A stretch of DNA of 64,000 nt from Mesotaenium endlicherianum (taxonomy: Eukaryota): assembly GCA_009602735.1 (NCBI GenBank), contig WELA01003517.1:17776-81775 (forward strand). Direction: 5' to 3'. The notes below the pieces were generated by a model. It saw only the letters and a list, made by a program, of their open reading frames with translations, made no database searches and was not told the origin of the DNA. Of this stretch, positions 1 to 13,776 are shown piece by piece (the stretch's first letter is position 1; the number at the start of each line of letters is the position of its first letter). A program made the position numbers and the translations under genes.

Positions 1-48
1 GAGGGGGGAGGGCGGGAGGGAGGGAGGGAGCGAGAGAAGGCGTGGTAC

Positions 49-354
49 CATTCATCTCCTGGAGCACAGCGAGCTGGGCCGGCAGGTCCTGCATGGTGCG
101 CGAGAGCGTGAGCGCGGAGGTGAGGATCTTCTTTGTCTGCACCAGGTCCTTGTCGAGGCGCGCCGCGCGGCCCACCATGACGAGGTACTGGCTCACCAGC
201 TGGTGGCTGCGCGTCCTCTCGTACGTCAGCTTCAGCCCCGCCGCCAGCCTTGTTCTGAATATGACACCCCCCCCCAATTGTTCCCACCCGGCGTTCCCAA
301 CAGCACAGGATCTCAGCGCTGCGCCCGCGCCCGCGCACGCGCGCGCGCGCGCGT

Positions 355-413
<59 letters not shown>

Positions 414-3400
414 CGTGTGCGTGTGTGTGTGGTAAACATGTTCAGCAAGCAAGCGACGCCCGGCTGCTTGTTCATTCCAGGTTGAGGAGCATGCCAGCAC
501 AGCCAAATGCTAAACCCGTCACTCTCATCAAGTCTGCAACTAAGCAGCAGGAACAGCTTCTTAACACGCATATAGCAACTACTAGCATAGGCATCACTAC
601 AGCCACTGCAGTTGCTGCTAAGGCTGCAGCAGGATGCTAAAAATGAGTCGAGGAAGTGAGCGCGCATGCGGGTGGTCACACTTGGCGTCCTGGCGCTTGC
701 CCTGCGTGAAGTCCAGCAGGCCGTACACAAACTGCAGGGCGGCCTTCTCGCGCGTGCCCACAAACGAATCCTTCTTCTCGTGCACAGCCATCACCAGGTC
801 CAGCGCCTGCGCCACACGCAAAAGCCGGCACCTCCCTCCCTCTGTGTGAGTTGGAGCGCACGGGCGTGTGTGTGTGCGCGTATGTGAGTGCGCGCGTGTG
901 TGTGTGCAGATGTGTGCGTGTGTGCGCGTGTGAGTGTCTCTCTTTGTTTGTGTGTGTGTGTGTGTGCGTGTGTGTGTCTCTCTTTGTGTGTGTGTGCGTG
1001 TGTGTGTGTGTTGTGTGTGTGCGATTGTAAATGTGTGTGCGTGTGCGTCTCCATGCATTTGTCTCTGCGAGTGGGAGAGCAGATGTCGCCGTGCGGGCGT
1101 GGTTCAGAAGCCTGGGTGAGAGAGACAAGCTCCACATGTAAGTTAAGTCCGAGAAAGGGACCTGGTAAGTCCGAGAAAGGGACCTAGTAAGTCACCGCAA
1201 ACAGTAACACCACCTCTATCAAACAAGACAATGCAGGCGCGCAGCCCGCCCAACCACCCAGCCACCCACCCGTTCCCATTAAGCTGGCAAAGAGAAATAC
1301 AGTGCAGTGCAGTGCAGTCATCGGCCCAGTTTTCCCAAGAAGAAGGACCTGCCCACCCTCTTCTTCCACCCTCCCCCCCGTTTTCCCTTGCCCTTGCCCT
1401 TGCCCTTGCCCTTGTCCTCGCCTGCGAGCAGTGTCAACACCGCAGGGACGTCAAACTGATGCCAGCAGCGGACTAAAAGCGCAGTCATTCCAGGCTGGCT
1501 GGCCACCATCATCATCAAGAATGCGCGCGAGCTGGCAGCCATGGCAGCAAAGCACAGCTAGCCCCACCTCGACCCCGCCAGACATAGGCCTCAACGACAG
1601 CTGTCGTCACGGGCACAGCCAGAGCCGTAGTAGGGTAGCACTAGCAGTAGCTGCCACCACAGCCACAGGGAGAGACAGGTGGAACCCTGAGAGCGCACCT
1701 GCGAGAGGTTCTCCGGCCGCCCGATGCAGATGTGCGAGAGGGCCGCGCACACGACCGCCATGGCCTCCATGCCCCTGTCTCCCCTGGTTGCTGCCACCTG
1801 TCGGGCAAGGCAAGCACCCTCCCCCAGAATCGACGCACCATCAGAGCAGCCTCTGATGCACAATGTGCACTTACAGCGTCTGAATAGATGGACAGGGAGG
1901 GCAACGTATTCTCAGACGTCGATAACGGCGTGCAAAATCGACGAGGCTGGAGCCATCGACGCCTGCCCTCCTCTTCTTGCCCTCGAAAAGTCTCCTGGCG
2001 CCGCCGGCCTGACCTGAACGACGCTGTCCCCAAATGGTGCAACGCAGAGTCCTACCCCCCAGCAAAGCCCCAGACGTCTCCTACTGCTGCTGCTGCTGCT
2101 GATGCTGCTAGTGCTACGGGACGGCACTTTCCACACCCTGTGTCCTGAGTGCTAAGGGCGGGAAGGGCACTTGGAACCAAGTCCAGGTGCAAAACACCGT
2201 GGCACCTGGAGCACGTGAGGAGGACAAGGACAGGGGGACAATGCCGAAAAAGAACAGGAGTTGTGCGGACGAGTTTGGGTATGCAACTATCACGACTGCC
2301 ACGACTGCCACTCCTCAGCGTGGGCGGGGCACACGCACGTCACTCTTTCAGCCAGGCAAGACACTCCAATCTCGGTCTCATGTCGCTGGCTCCCAACGGC
2401 CGGCTGGCGGTGGCATGCGCATGCACGTTGCACACTGAGGCACACGCACGGGCACGCCTGGCAGCAGAGGCCGACGATAACGTCAATTGGAGCTAAGAGC
2501 TGAGCGCCCTCTGGCGTCAGGCCAAATCTGGGCCGATGCATTGGCTGCCTCTCCACTTTCCGACGAGAGAGGCCACCAAAGGGCTCTCACGAGCTGTTAC
2601 AGGACAACACATGTCCTGTAGGCCTTGTAACTACGACCTCGCCCCCCGCAGGATAGCGTCGCGTCTGTGGCGCGGCGTATGCCGCCTGCCGCATTCGGGA
2701 GCCCGCTCCAGAGGACCACCTTTTCAGAAATAGAAGAAAGGAGAAAGTGGATGAGAAGAGGGAGGCACAAGGGAGGCCGCAGGGGAGCGGGAGCGACGCA
2801 CGCACCCCGGCGGCGAGGTGAAAGTGGGCGATGGCCTCAGGGAAGCAGCCCATGGAGTGTGCGTAGTTTCCCAGCAGCAGGTGCACGCTCCCGCGGCTCT
2901 CCTGCAGCAGGTATGGGAAACGACCCATCACGTCCAGCATCGACACCAGAGCCTGCACTTCCCCCCCCCCCACACAGGCCCCCGCTCGCACGCGGTACCA
3001 CACGCTTAAGTTCAAGTGCATTCGTGCGTGAACCCCACGCCTGCTAGGGGAAGGGAGGGGTGACTTCAGAAATACAGAAGCACAGACACAGGCACAGGCA
3101 CGGGTTCGGCCTCCGAGACACGGGGCATGAAGGTGCGGCAAACTCCTCTTGCCTCTGTGCTCATGTGCCGTCATGCCACCGGGCCAAGACGCAGCAAGCC
3201 TCACAAGCAGCAGGGGGTGCCCGCCTGCGCACGCGTGCGCGCTTCCGCTGAGCGCGGCAGCTGTGCAGACACGTCTCGGAAACTTGGGGAGCAGACAGCC
3301 GGGCCAGGATCGGATTCCATCCCGCGAGAAAGGGGGTGAGGGGGGCAGGGAGGGAGGGAGGGGTGCTGACTGACCTCCTGGGCAGCTGTGAGCTGCACGC

Positions 3401-6400
3401 GAGTGAGGTCCATGGAGGCCTTGCTGTCGAGGATGAAGAGCCACAGCTGGAGGTAGAGGCCCGCCACCCAGATGGCCCAGTGCGGCAGGTCCCTCTCTGC
3501 AACGACAGGGCGCACGCTCGCGGCGTCACAGCTGGCAGGTGGACGGGCCTCGGAGGGAGAGCAGCGCTCATGCATGCCGAGGACGCAGGGCAAGTGGCAC
3601 CCGCTGAGTGAGCTGGATGGGATGTAAGGGAATTTTTATCATACTGTTGCGGGTGGAGAAACTGGCATCAAGGTAAGAAGCCTTGAGGACCTTTCCCTGA
3701 TCTATGTAATGCAGATATGCATAAATGTATTTGTCAGTGCAGCCCTTGAACGGCTCACTGACGAATCCAGGGGGAGCACAGAGGAGCTACAGGGGAGAAC
3801 AGACCCCAGAGTGAACATCGATGCTGCGACACCCCGACCGTGCAAGGACTTCTTCCTCGGAACTGCGTCTGCAGGTCAGGTGAATCTCAGATCACCCTGA
3901 CAACCTCCGAGGCCAATGCAAAGGGAAGAGACGCTGGAGAGCAGGAAAAGGAGAGGGAAGGGAGGTGGAAAGAAGGGGAAGGGATGGGAAGGGAGGGGTT
4001 GGGGAAGGGAGGGAAGGGGATGCTTACCGCTGGACGAGTGCGTCACGCCCAGCTTCGTAAGCTCCTCTGCGCTCCCGCCAGAAGGCAGCACAAGATACGC
4101 AGCAGGCGACCAGAGGAGCGGAAAGCAGCAGCAGCAGCAGCAGGAGGAGGAGGAGGAGGACACATCAGTCGTCGTCAGCCAGTGCTTGCAACTCTCTCAA
4201 GAATGAGCTGCTGACTCCACCACGATGGGATCCTAGATGTGGAAATCCTACGCTCTCCTACTGGCAGACCCTGCAATGTTCCTTCTGCCGCCACCTGTCC
4301 GGGAGCAGAAGAACCTACTGCCTTGTGCTGCACTCCTCTGCATTCAGAACACTGAGTGCCTCTGCACCAGTGCACATATATACAAACACGCATGAACCCC
4401 GTTCGTGTGGACAGGGTCTAAACCCTGAACCCTGCATCATAAAACCCTGCACCTGTACTCAGTTTGTACTCAACCGCGAACCCTGCACTTTAAACCCATA
4501 CTCAGCCCATGCCTGCCAGCGACCGTGTCAGACATTCACGCGTGCGCGTGCGCTTGGCCCGCAGGGTGCGTGTCAGATACGTTGTTGTTGGAGTTGTGAT
4601 ATTGTGGTGGCATACGATGCCCTGAGCGGGTGCGCACCCAAAAGACAACTTCTATACCACGCCAAACACCCCTACGGGCCCATCGCACTCTGGAACAGTG
4701 ACACGCAGGCAACACGCAGGCGTGCAGGCAGGCAGGCAGAGACGAAGGCATGCAGGCGAGCAGGCCGGCATGCAGGCACGCGGGTTGATGCCTTCTCTCT
4801 CCCATGTTAAAGCCCATCCAAGCTCTTTCTCTCTCTCTCTTTCTGCCTCTCTCACCTGTGCAGCGCTGGAGGCCGGAGTTGATGCGCTTGGTGCAGTCCT
4901 TGAAGCCGCCCTTGGGGCAGCTCATCTGGCTCTGCACCGCCAGCAGGTCCACAACCACCGACACCGCCGCCCTCGACATCCACTCCCCGTCCAGCGGCGG
5001 GGGTCCAAGTGGCAGCCTTGCGTAGCTCCCTGGGGGACCTGGCGATGACACCCCTACTTTGTCTTTCTCCTCCTCATGGCTGTGAGGTTTCCTCTTATTT
5101 CGCGGCCCGGGCTCAGCTTGCGGCCCACCCTGCTGCTGCTGCTGCTGCTGTTGCCGCCTCTGCTGGTGCTCCTGGGCCTGGCCGAGGACCTGGCCTTGTT
5201 GGCCCCGCAAAGTGCTGCCATGTGGCCCTCCGTTGGCGCTTCTCGACCGCATCTCGTCCTCCAGCATGGACAGCTGCTCAGGCTCACACACGGCGCCCTG
5301 CCCATCGCTCCGCAGCACCGCTGATTGCCCACAATCTGACGTCTGGGAGCTACGGGGCCCCAAACTTGAGCTTGGAACCGCCCCTGCTGCAGCAATGGCC
5401 CCTCTGGCGGCGGCGGCAGCAGCAGCCGCCTCTGCTTGCTTCCCCTGCGCTGCCGCTCCCGCGGAATTGACAGCGGCAGAGGTTACGGCGGTGAGCTCCT
5501 GTATCCTGCGCTGCAGAGCGTGCTGCCTCCGCAGGTGCTGCTGCGACAAGGCCTGCAGCTGCTGCTCGAGCTCCTGCTGCAGCGCGTGCGGCTGCTGCTG
5601 GCAGCGCGCCTCATGCACGCCGGCCGCCTGCTGCGCCGCGCGCTGCTGCTGGAGCGTCTGCAGCGCCAGCGCCTCCAGCCCGGCAAAGGCGCCCAGCAGC
5701 TGCTGCTTCTCCTCCAGGCACGCCTGGTACTGGTGCCGCTGCTGTTGGGTGCGTCGCTCGGGGGGCGTGCGCGTGCACTGCTGGATGCGGTGGCCCACGT
5801 TGCGCAGCTGCTCGACGACAGCTGTCCTCTGCTGTTCCGCCTGCAGCAGCTGCTGGGCCAGGCCGCTGCGCTCCTGCTCCAGCTGCAGGCCGGCGCTCGC
5901 CAGCGCCTGCTGCAGCTGCTGCGCCCTCGCCCGGTGCTGCCGCTGCAGCTGCTGCTCGTTCTCCCGGTGCTGCTGCTGCATCCCCTTGAGGCTTCTCTGC
6001 AGATCCCGCAGCTCCTGTAGCTCCTTTATTCGCAAGCCGTCGTGCTCAATTGTCCCGTTGGCCAGCTGGGAGGCTGCTGGCGGTGCCGCCCCAGGTGGCA
6101 GCAGCGCCTGGCTGGCCGACACCCCAGAAGGCTGGGGTGGGCTGCTAGCCTCCATTTTGACCCCCCCAACTTCAGAGGAGCGCAGGGCGGATGCTCGCAG
6201 CTGAGGGGCCGCCGCCGCAGCCGCAGCAGCAGCAGTAGCAGCAGCAGCAGGAGGGGGAGGAGAAGAGGAGGGGATGTGTGCGAGCTCCCGGTCAAGATTC
6301 TCCACGTGCTTCAGGGCGAGGTCAAACTCGGACGTGCGGAGGCGCCACATGGCGTGCAGAATCTCGCTGTACACGACCAGGCCGGGGTGGGCGCGCTTCT

Positions 6401-9400
6401 GCACACGCTCCGACAGAAAGCGCCAGCAGCCGCCACAGGGGGGGGCATCCGGAACTAAGCAGGTCTGTCTCTGGCTCTGTATATCTCTCCCTCCCTCCCT
6501 CCTGCCCTCCCTCTTCCTCCCTCCCTCTTTCTCTCTGTCTCTCTCTCAACAACCCCCCTTCCCGCAAGCAAAGGCGACAAGCCGTCAAGGGATGGACTAC
6601 AGCGTCTGCGAAATACGGAAGGGGAGGTGAGAGCAGAAGCCAGAGCCAGAGCTGGCCCATGCAAGAGCAACCCAAGAAGAGATGAGCTGAGCTGAGCAGA
6701 AGCAGGAGCCGCAAGGAGCTTGGAGAAGAAGAGCACCATGTGGGTGCTGACCTCTCGTGCTGACAAATGTCCTGGCTAGTCTGATTGCTCTGCTGGGGCC
6801 CGAGCAGCGTGTACACATTTTGAATATTTGACTGCTGCATTTTGTTTTCTCATTCAATATATAATTTGATTCCCCTTTTCCCCTGGCCTATATCCATATA
6901 ACAGAGCAACCATCAGAGGACCTACTAGATTCCATTCTATCTCCAGAAATAACCACTTCGGGCCAACGAGCATGCCATCAGGTTATAATTGCAGGATGTG
7001 TTTCTCCGAAAGGCGACCGTGCCGTGCATGAGCAGCAAGAGAGGGACCTCAGCTGCGGCCGCAGAGAGTGCACGGGCACTACCTGGTCAGGAGACATCTG
7101 CGCCCACAGCGCGGCGCAGTCAGCCAGGGCAGCAGCAATGAGCGCCTGTTCCTCTCCCTGCTGCAGATGGACGTGCAGCGCTGACACTCCAAACAGCACC
7201 TTCACATACCATACGCACACACACACAGGACATCGAGCAACAGGCACAGGGTCAGAGCAAGACTGTGTGTGTGTGTGTGTGTGCGTATGTGTATGTGCAT
7301 GTGGGTGCCCATGTGTGTGTGTGTGTGTGCGTATGTGTGTGTGTGCGCATGTGGGTGCCCATGTGTGTGTGTGTATGTGTGTGTGTCTGTGTGTGTGTGC
7401 GCGCGCTTGCTACAGAAGAGCAGGAAAAGCTGCAGAGCTGAGAGGGCCAGCTTGCTGCTGCAGATTACGCACTCCTATTCCCCATCACCTATTCCCCATC
7501 ACTATCATTGCTGCCGCAAGTACTCCCTCCTTCCCTCCCTCCCTCCCTCCCTCCTCCCTCCCTCGCTAGCTCACACCCATCCTCAGGGCCCTACGTCGTA
7601 CTTCTGTGTTAATAGAGCAGCAACAGCAGCAGCCTCTGACTGGCTGAGGGGGCCATGCATCTCCTCCTCCTCCTCCCCATTGTCGTCTGGGAGCGCACCA
7701 GAAGCTGTAAGCAGGTGACGGGCCAACTGAGTAACACAACAGTACATCTGCGAGCACCTCTGGAGCGCTGGCATGTAGGGCCGGCCATGGGCAGTACTAC
7801 ACCCGCCGCACTTGCTCTGCAAGTGTTCATGCAAGTGTGGAGCCCCTCCCCCCAGCTTAAAAACCAACCCCGCACAGTACGCTTCAAGAATCGGGGGGGG
7901 AAGATGGTTCATTTTTTTGGGGGGGGGAGGGGCGGGGGAGGAAAAGAGGTGAGAGGGATGCGAGAGAAAGGAAGATTTTTTGCATGGCGGTAATATTGCG
8001 GAGGCCGCGGCAGGGCAGCCCACCCGTGCCTGCGATATGGATGCATCTGAGGGAGGAATCCCATCCTTGGGGGGAGGCCCATTCAGCTGCTGTCGCACGA
8101 GAGAGTTGCTGCGCCCGCCTCGTAGGGTGCGAGAAAGGGGGTGGGGGGTGGAGGAGGGGGGGGGCGGGGAGGCAGCACCTTGAAGCCCACGAGGTTGTTG
8201 GCTTCGGCCAGAGCCCGCCCCTTGGAGAGCATCTCGAGAGCGTTAGCACACGCCCTCTCGCCGCCCTCCGTGACGAATGCGCTGGCCCGCTGCATGTAGA
8301 AGCGGCACATCCACTCGGTCGCCACCTCCCTGCGCACGCACGCACGCACGCAGGCAAATGAGCAGCGCCACATGGAAGTTGGGGGTTTACTCTCCTGTCG
8401 GGGTCGAAAAAGGGCCGGGTTTGTAAGAAGCGGCTTGACTGTTGCGTGCACAGCTAGCACAGACCCAGCTGCAGCAGAGAGGGAGGCAATCAGAGCAAGC
8501 TCAAGCACATAGCATACTCGGCTGCCAGCTGGCTGCCAGTTCTTCTGGTGGCAGCGGGAATAGCAGGCGCTCAGTGCCAGCTGAAGCGCATGCAGCTGCT
8601 GCCAGCTCAGGAGGACCCCACTAGGTGATCACTGGAGCCATCTACGTGAGCAGGCAGGCGGGAAGCAAAGGCCAGGTGCATGGGCCGCAGGCAGCCTTAG
8701 GCAGCAGGACAATCTCACCCATGTGCTTCGTTTCCAATGCATGTATGTATCCTTGGCTTGCTCAGCTCCTAAAGCTTCCCACACTCTCCACACACACACA
8801 CACACACACACACAAACAAGTGCAGAAGCAGCCGTCACCGGCTGCTTTTACCATGTCCATCAGCACCCCACTTTTGCTACTCCGCTACTTCCAGACATCA
8901 ATGGACACCAATAAGGCAACCAATGAGCCAATTGATCATTCAATCAATCCATACATCCACCAAGCAGTCATGCAGTCTCTGAATTTGCAGCTGCTCTCTG
9001 ATCGGACTCCCAGCCCAGCAGCTGAGGAGGACGGGCGGAGAGCACGACGCACTTGTCGACGGCAAGCTGCTTCTCAGCCAGGTCCAGGCCTTTGGCGAGG
9101 ATGCTCTTCTGGAGGGTGGTGTTGCCCACCAGGTGGTAGCACCGGCTCAGGAGGTTGCACGCAGTGGCCTTGAGGTCTAAATGCCCCCGAGGTATTTGCT
9201 TCAGGAGGATTTGCTGTCCCAAACAGCCAGGGAGCGCAGGCCACATGCGTGTTCATGCATGGTCGTAGCTGAGAGGCAGGTGGCTCTGAAGGACACCAAA
9301 GGGTACCGAAGGATAGACTAACAGCCTTTCAGAGCCCTGCTGGCATGGCTCCAAGGCGGCCAGCAAGGGGCATCTAGCTGTCCTCTCTCCTCCAGCTTGC

Positions 9401-10218
9401 TAGACTAAGAAGGTCTGCCAGGAGGCAACGACAAGCAGTGCTCTGTGTATGCCAGTCCATTGGGACTGTGCGTGAAACAAGCATTCTTGTAGCACAAATA
9501 GAACTTACATTCACCTTTAAGCGCTGTGCTACAGCACAATTGTCTGAGGTGAACTACAAACTCTTGCCGACCAGACAAAGCATCAGACGAAATCTGGAGT
9601 CATTGGATATAGCACTGGAAGCAGCAGTGTTGGGGAAAAGGATTAAGCCACAAGGATCAAGTATTTCTATAAGGACACTTTTCCAATTGACCTTATAGTG
9701 ATAAGCACACGCCTTTGAGGGAGGGGAGACTCACAGCGCGTTCAAGATGGCTTTTGGCATTTTGAATGTTGTCCGTGTGGTCCAAAAGCAAGCCGCCCAC
9801 CCACACCCTTGTCCTAACCTCCACCAAGGGCAGGAAAGTAGTGCCTGCTTGACATATGGCCTCCAAACATTTGATGGCCTATAAAGGAAGAAAACAAGGA
9901 AAGAAACGCAGTACTCCATATTAATAGACATCACGGTCCAGGGCCACCAAGGAATCACAAATTTATCCCCTGCTTAGGTCAAGCATGCCCTTCAATTGGT
10001 AAAGGTAACGACAACCAACTTTCTTCCGAGGAAAGCTGATCAACGAGTAGGCCACATTCCGTGTAAGAGGAGTACCGTCAAAAAGTGGAAGTGCTTAGTT
10101 TTCCTCTAGTCAGCAGCTATCAAGAATCACTCACTTGAGGGATACAGCCTTCCTTTTCGAACTCATCTGCAAGTAGCCAAAGCCCCTGTGCAGCTACAGT
10201 ATTCTGATCTGCTGCCAT
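49..10218 (-). CDS. MAU2: Cohesin loader subunit MAU2/SCC4; 3' end lies beyond the window start
   Basis: Exons in transcript order: 10218-10135, 9878-9735, 9213-9053, 8329-8179, 7199-7083, 6398-4856, 4066-4028, 3496-3375, 2952-2806, 1797-1699, 806-682, 254-49. All junctions GT-AG and phase-consistent. Translation includes AAQGLWLLAD, AIKCLEAICQ..FLPLVEVRTR..AKSHLERA, LLSRCYHL, PPPLDGEW, PKGGFKDCTKRINSGL, GNYAHSMGCFPEA and HQLVSQYL, collinear with plant SCC4 as recalled. Confidence 0.93.
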
Positions 10219-11477
10219 AAGGGTGTCTGAAGGTATTATTACTCAGTAAATTCGTTCCTCACATTAAGGCGTCGAAGGAACTCTATAGTGCAAGCTTCAG
10301 GACTACCATAGTGAAGACGTGCCACATTTCGTCGGGAATCAGCATGCGATAAGCATTCGTTTAGGCTCATTCTTGCTATCTTGGGTCTCAAATGATGGTG
10401 GAAAACAGTCGTCTGTCTTAACCTGCTGCTCCCATTCCCTGACAACACATCTTACACCTCGTTTGAAAAAAAAGACATGCGAACTTCTCACTTAATTCTA
10501 AGTTACGCATTTGATGTCGCGCCTTTTAGAAGTTGCTTCACCCTGCAAATGTGTTCAAGTTTGTCCACGAATATGTCAAATCCGTACGTGGACTGGCGTA
10601 CTGTGTCATACTTCATTTAGTGACTTTATTGGGGAGTAACGATAAAAGGCGGGTGGAGCAAATATCTGATGAAGGCGCTAAGCTTCACTTATAAGGCTTT
10701 ATAGTACGGAGGAACAACATAAGCTAGGCAATGGTGGGCAACCGGCATCGGGAAAAAGCCAAAAAGATTTCAACTTGTGATTCTTAATTCCCCAAATTAT
10801 TCACTCCCTGAGTTAAAATTCAAGTGGGTTCAAGTTGGTTCAAGTCTCGCTCGTGTGCAGACCTGGCTCAAATTTCTGCAGACAAGAAGAACCAGATAGT
10901 AACTGGATTGAACTGGATAGAACGACCCACAACGACTGCAGCAAGGCCGTTCTCTCCAGCTCAGCCACTAAAGTCAATGGACCAGGTCAGCATCTCCTGC
11001 ATTAGCAGTAACCAGCACTAACTACCAGCTAACTTCTGCTAAATACTGCGTCAGTGGCTTCATGCCACTTCATGCCTCTTCGTGCTCCTTTAAAAGTGGT
11101 CCCAGCTCACCCGGTCTTCTCCCAGATAACTAGTCAATTTTATTTTTCTAGTGGGCTGGGCTACAGCTTCGCAGAGTGTATGTTTGCAACACATTGACGA
11201 AAATAATATTTATATCTCATGCGTTTTGTAAATACCTGTCTCTCACATGTCGTCCGAGAACACCTGAGTCACAATAGTGCGCTAAGAACGACAGCATTCT
11301 AGCCTTATACATTTGCGGGTTGGTCTTCACTTGCAGTCAGTGTACCAAGAGCAGCAAGCGGCTGGGCACCCCGGCTTTACGTAGTTATCGCAGCTAATGC
11401 GCTTATTGGCTTATTTATTATTTCGATAGCCAAAGACTCGTGCTTCGCTCATAGCGTCTGGCACCAGTCAGTGTCAG

Positions 11478-13550
11478 ATGTCAGGGGATGCTGACAAGAA
11501 AATTTTGGTTGAAGAAATTGGTAATGGGATTTGGGTGATAACAATTAATAGGCCTAATGCCTTGAATGCCCTTACCCGCCCTATGATGGTTGAACTGGCT
11601 TACAACTTCAAGCGCCTAGGGGAGAATAATAAAGTAAAGGCTATCATTTTGACGGGAGCTGGCAGGGCCTTCTGTTCTGGCGTGGTAAGGACCTGCCTCC
11701 ATTGCTCTGTCTGGTCTTTGTTTGCCGGCCATACTACGTATTTTACTTTGGTGGCATAATAGATTTTTCCAGAATCATCGTTCATGTCAATCCCAAGGTC
11801 TGCAGGTTAGGTGCGTACTTCTGATAAAGGCCATCTTGACCAGAAGTGGTTGTGAATGAGGAATATAGTGTTCCCAGAGGGAAAGTCCACTTGTTAGACT
11901 GGTGTTTGTGGAAGGAAACTACTACTGTATATCACAGAGTTTGTCAAATGAAACAGAAAGTGCCCGTACCCCTCGTCTATTTTTTTCCCACGTCATAAAA
12001 TGTCAAGAGAATGCAACTGCCTTTAGCTATCTACGTTCTTGAATGCTGATGGAGAAAGCGAGGTCCCCAGAATATGCTGGGGGTACAGGAACAGCGTATC
12101 GGTGATGTCAGAAGTTAGACAGGCAGTGAGGCGAATGAGGCGAGTGAGGCAGTGAGGCGAATGGAAAGCAGGAAAAGCAACAGGTGTCACTCTCTGGCCT
12201 GGCTTCATGCACTTGCTAGCAGCACAGACACCTGTTGCTTTTCCTGCTTTCCATTCTATGATGCTTGAGGTCCACATCTGCAAAACGAAGAGCTATGACT
12301 CAAAGGACGGTATGCATGGGAATCAAGGGAAGCATGTCTGTCTGATATTCATGGCGGGTTTGTCTCTCCTGCTTGTGATGAGCGCAGGATCTGACAGCCG
12401 CCCAGTCAGTCTTTCAAGGTGACGTGAAGAATGCAGACGAGGATCCTGTGGTCCAAATGGAGCTCTGCCGGGTGCCCATCATTGGAGCCATTAATGGCCA
12501 CGCCATAACAGCTGGCTTTGAAATTGCCCTTGCTTGTGACATTCTCATCGCCAGCACAAAGGCCGCATTTGCAGACACACATTGCAAGTATGTTCCGACT
12601 TGGACCCCCCTGGTTTGGACCCCCAGTTTCTTTGTTGTATCTTTCTTCAAGGGGAGGAGCAGGTCAGAGGGGGTTGACCAGGTCTAGTAGGGTTTCCGGA
12701 AGCTACAGGGTGTGGAGTGTGTAGGTATTTTATTCTAGATGAACAGCTGCTTATAGACCAAGTGAAGTGGAGAGGTGGCAAAGGAGGTCGGCAGCTTGGA
12801 AGGGGATGGAGGGTTTTGCTGGCAGCAAAACTGACAGCGGCTGCTTCTTCAGAAGAATGTGTAATTTGCCGACTTGTAAAGTCAGAATATGACTAGTTGG
12901 GCTCTCAGAGGGCTCTGGGGAAGACATGGAATGCGGGTATGGGGTGAGGCATCTTGAGCTCAGCCCGGAGCAATCGAGAGCGAGATTGTCAACAAATGTT
13001 GGCAGGTTGGCAGGCCGCGAGGCAGTAAGAATGTAGGGAAGGCATTAAGTAAGGGAATGCTTTGCCCACACTGCTGTCCTGCTCAAGGGTCCCAGTAATT
13101 CCTTGGGGTCAGTTCAGGCACATGCTACAGAAAGTTACTCTGAACGATGATGCAAAGTGGGCTGACACATGTCGTCACAGCAGACGAACCATCTAGGCCT
13201 GACTCTTCTCCCAGTGATGGCTGCTCAGGTTTGGTATCTTCCCATCGTGGGGTCTTTCCCAGAAGCTGCCCCGCCTGATCGGAGCCAACAGGGCGCGCTA
13301 CGTGTCACTCACCGCAAAGCCCGTCGACGGGACCACAGCCGAGAGGTGGGGCCTCGTCAGCCACGTGGTGGAGCCAGCACAGCTCATGCAGGCGGCCAAG
13401 GACGCGGCAGAGACGATAGCCCGAAACCACCAGGGCCTTGTGCTGCGCTACAAGTCCGTGCTCAACGAGGGTCTCGCCCTGTCTCTGGGCGATGGCCGCA
13501 AGCTGGAGAAGGTGCCCTCTCTTTTTTTCCAATTGCTCCTGTCATCCCCG

Positions 13551-13599
<49 letters not shown>

Positions 13600-13695
13600 N
13601 NNNNNNNNNNNNNNNNNNNNNNNNNNNNNNNNNNNNNNNNNNNNNNNNNNNNNNNNNNNNNNNNNNNNNNNNNNNNNNNNNNNNNNNNNNNNNNN

Positions 13696-13776
<81 letters not shown>

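Noticed and set aside
340..1050. ORFs rich in CVCV or HTHT here and in many other introns
   Set aside because: Translations of intronic (GT)n/(CA)n microsatellites.
4415..4500. Telomere-like AACCCT repeats, also at about 46260-46335
   Set aside because: Too degenerate to call an interstitial telomere; treated as intronic low complexity.
5212..6204. Long plus-strand ORFs opposite MAU2, and similar ones opposite PGM3, the HAD-like gene and pol
   Set aside because: Antisense shadows of real coding exons.
7583..7760. Acidic ORF segment (PDDNGEEEEEMHG) inside a MAU2 intron
   Set aside because: The flanking exons already join in phase and follow the orthologue without it.
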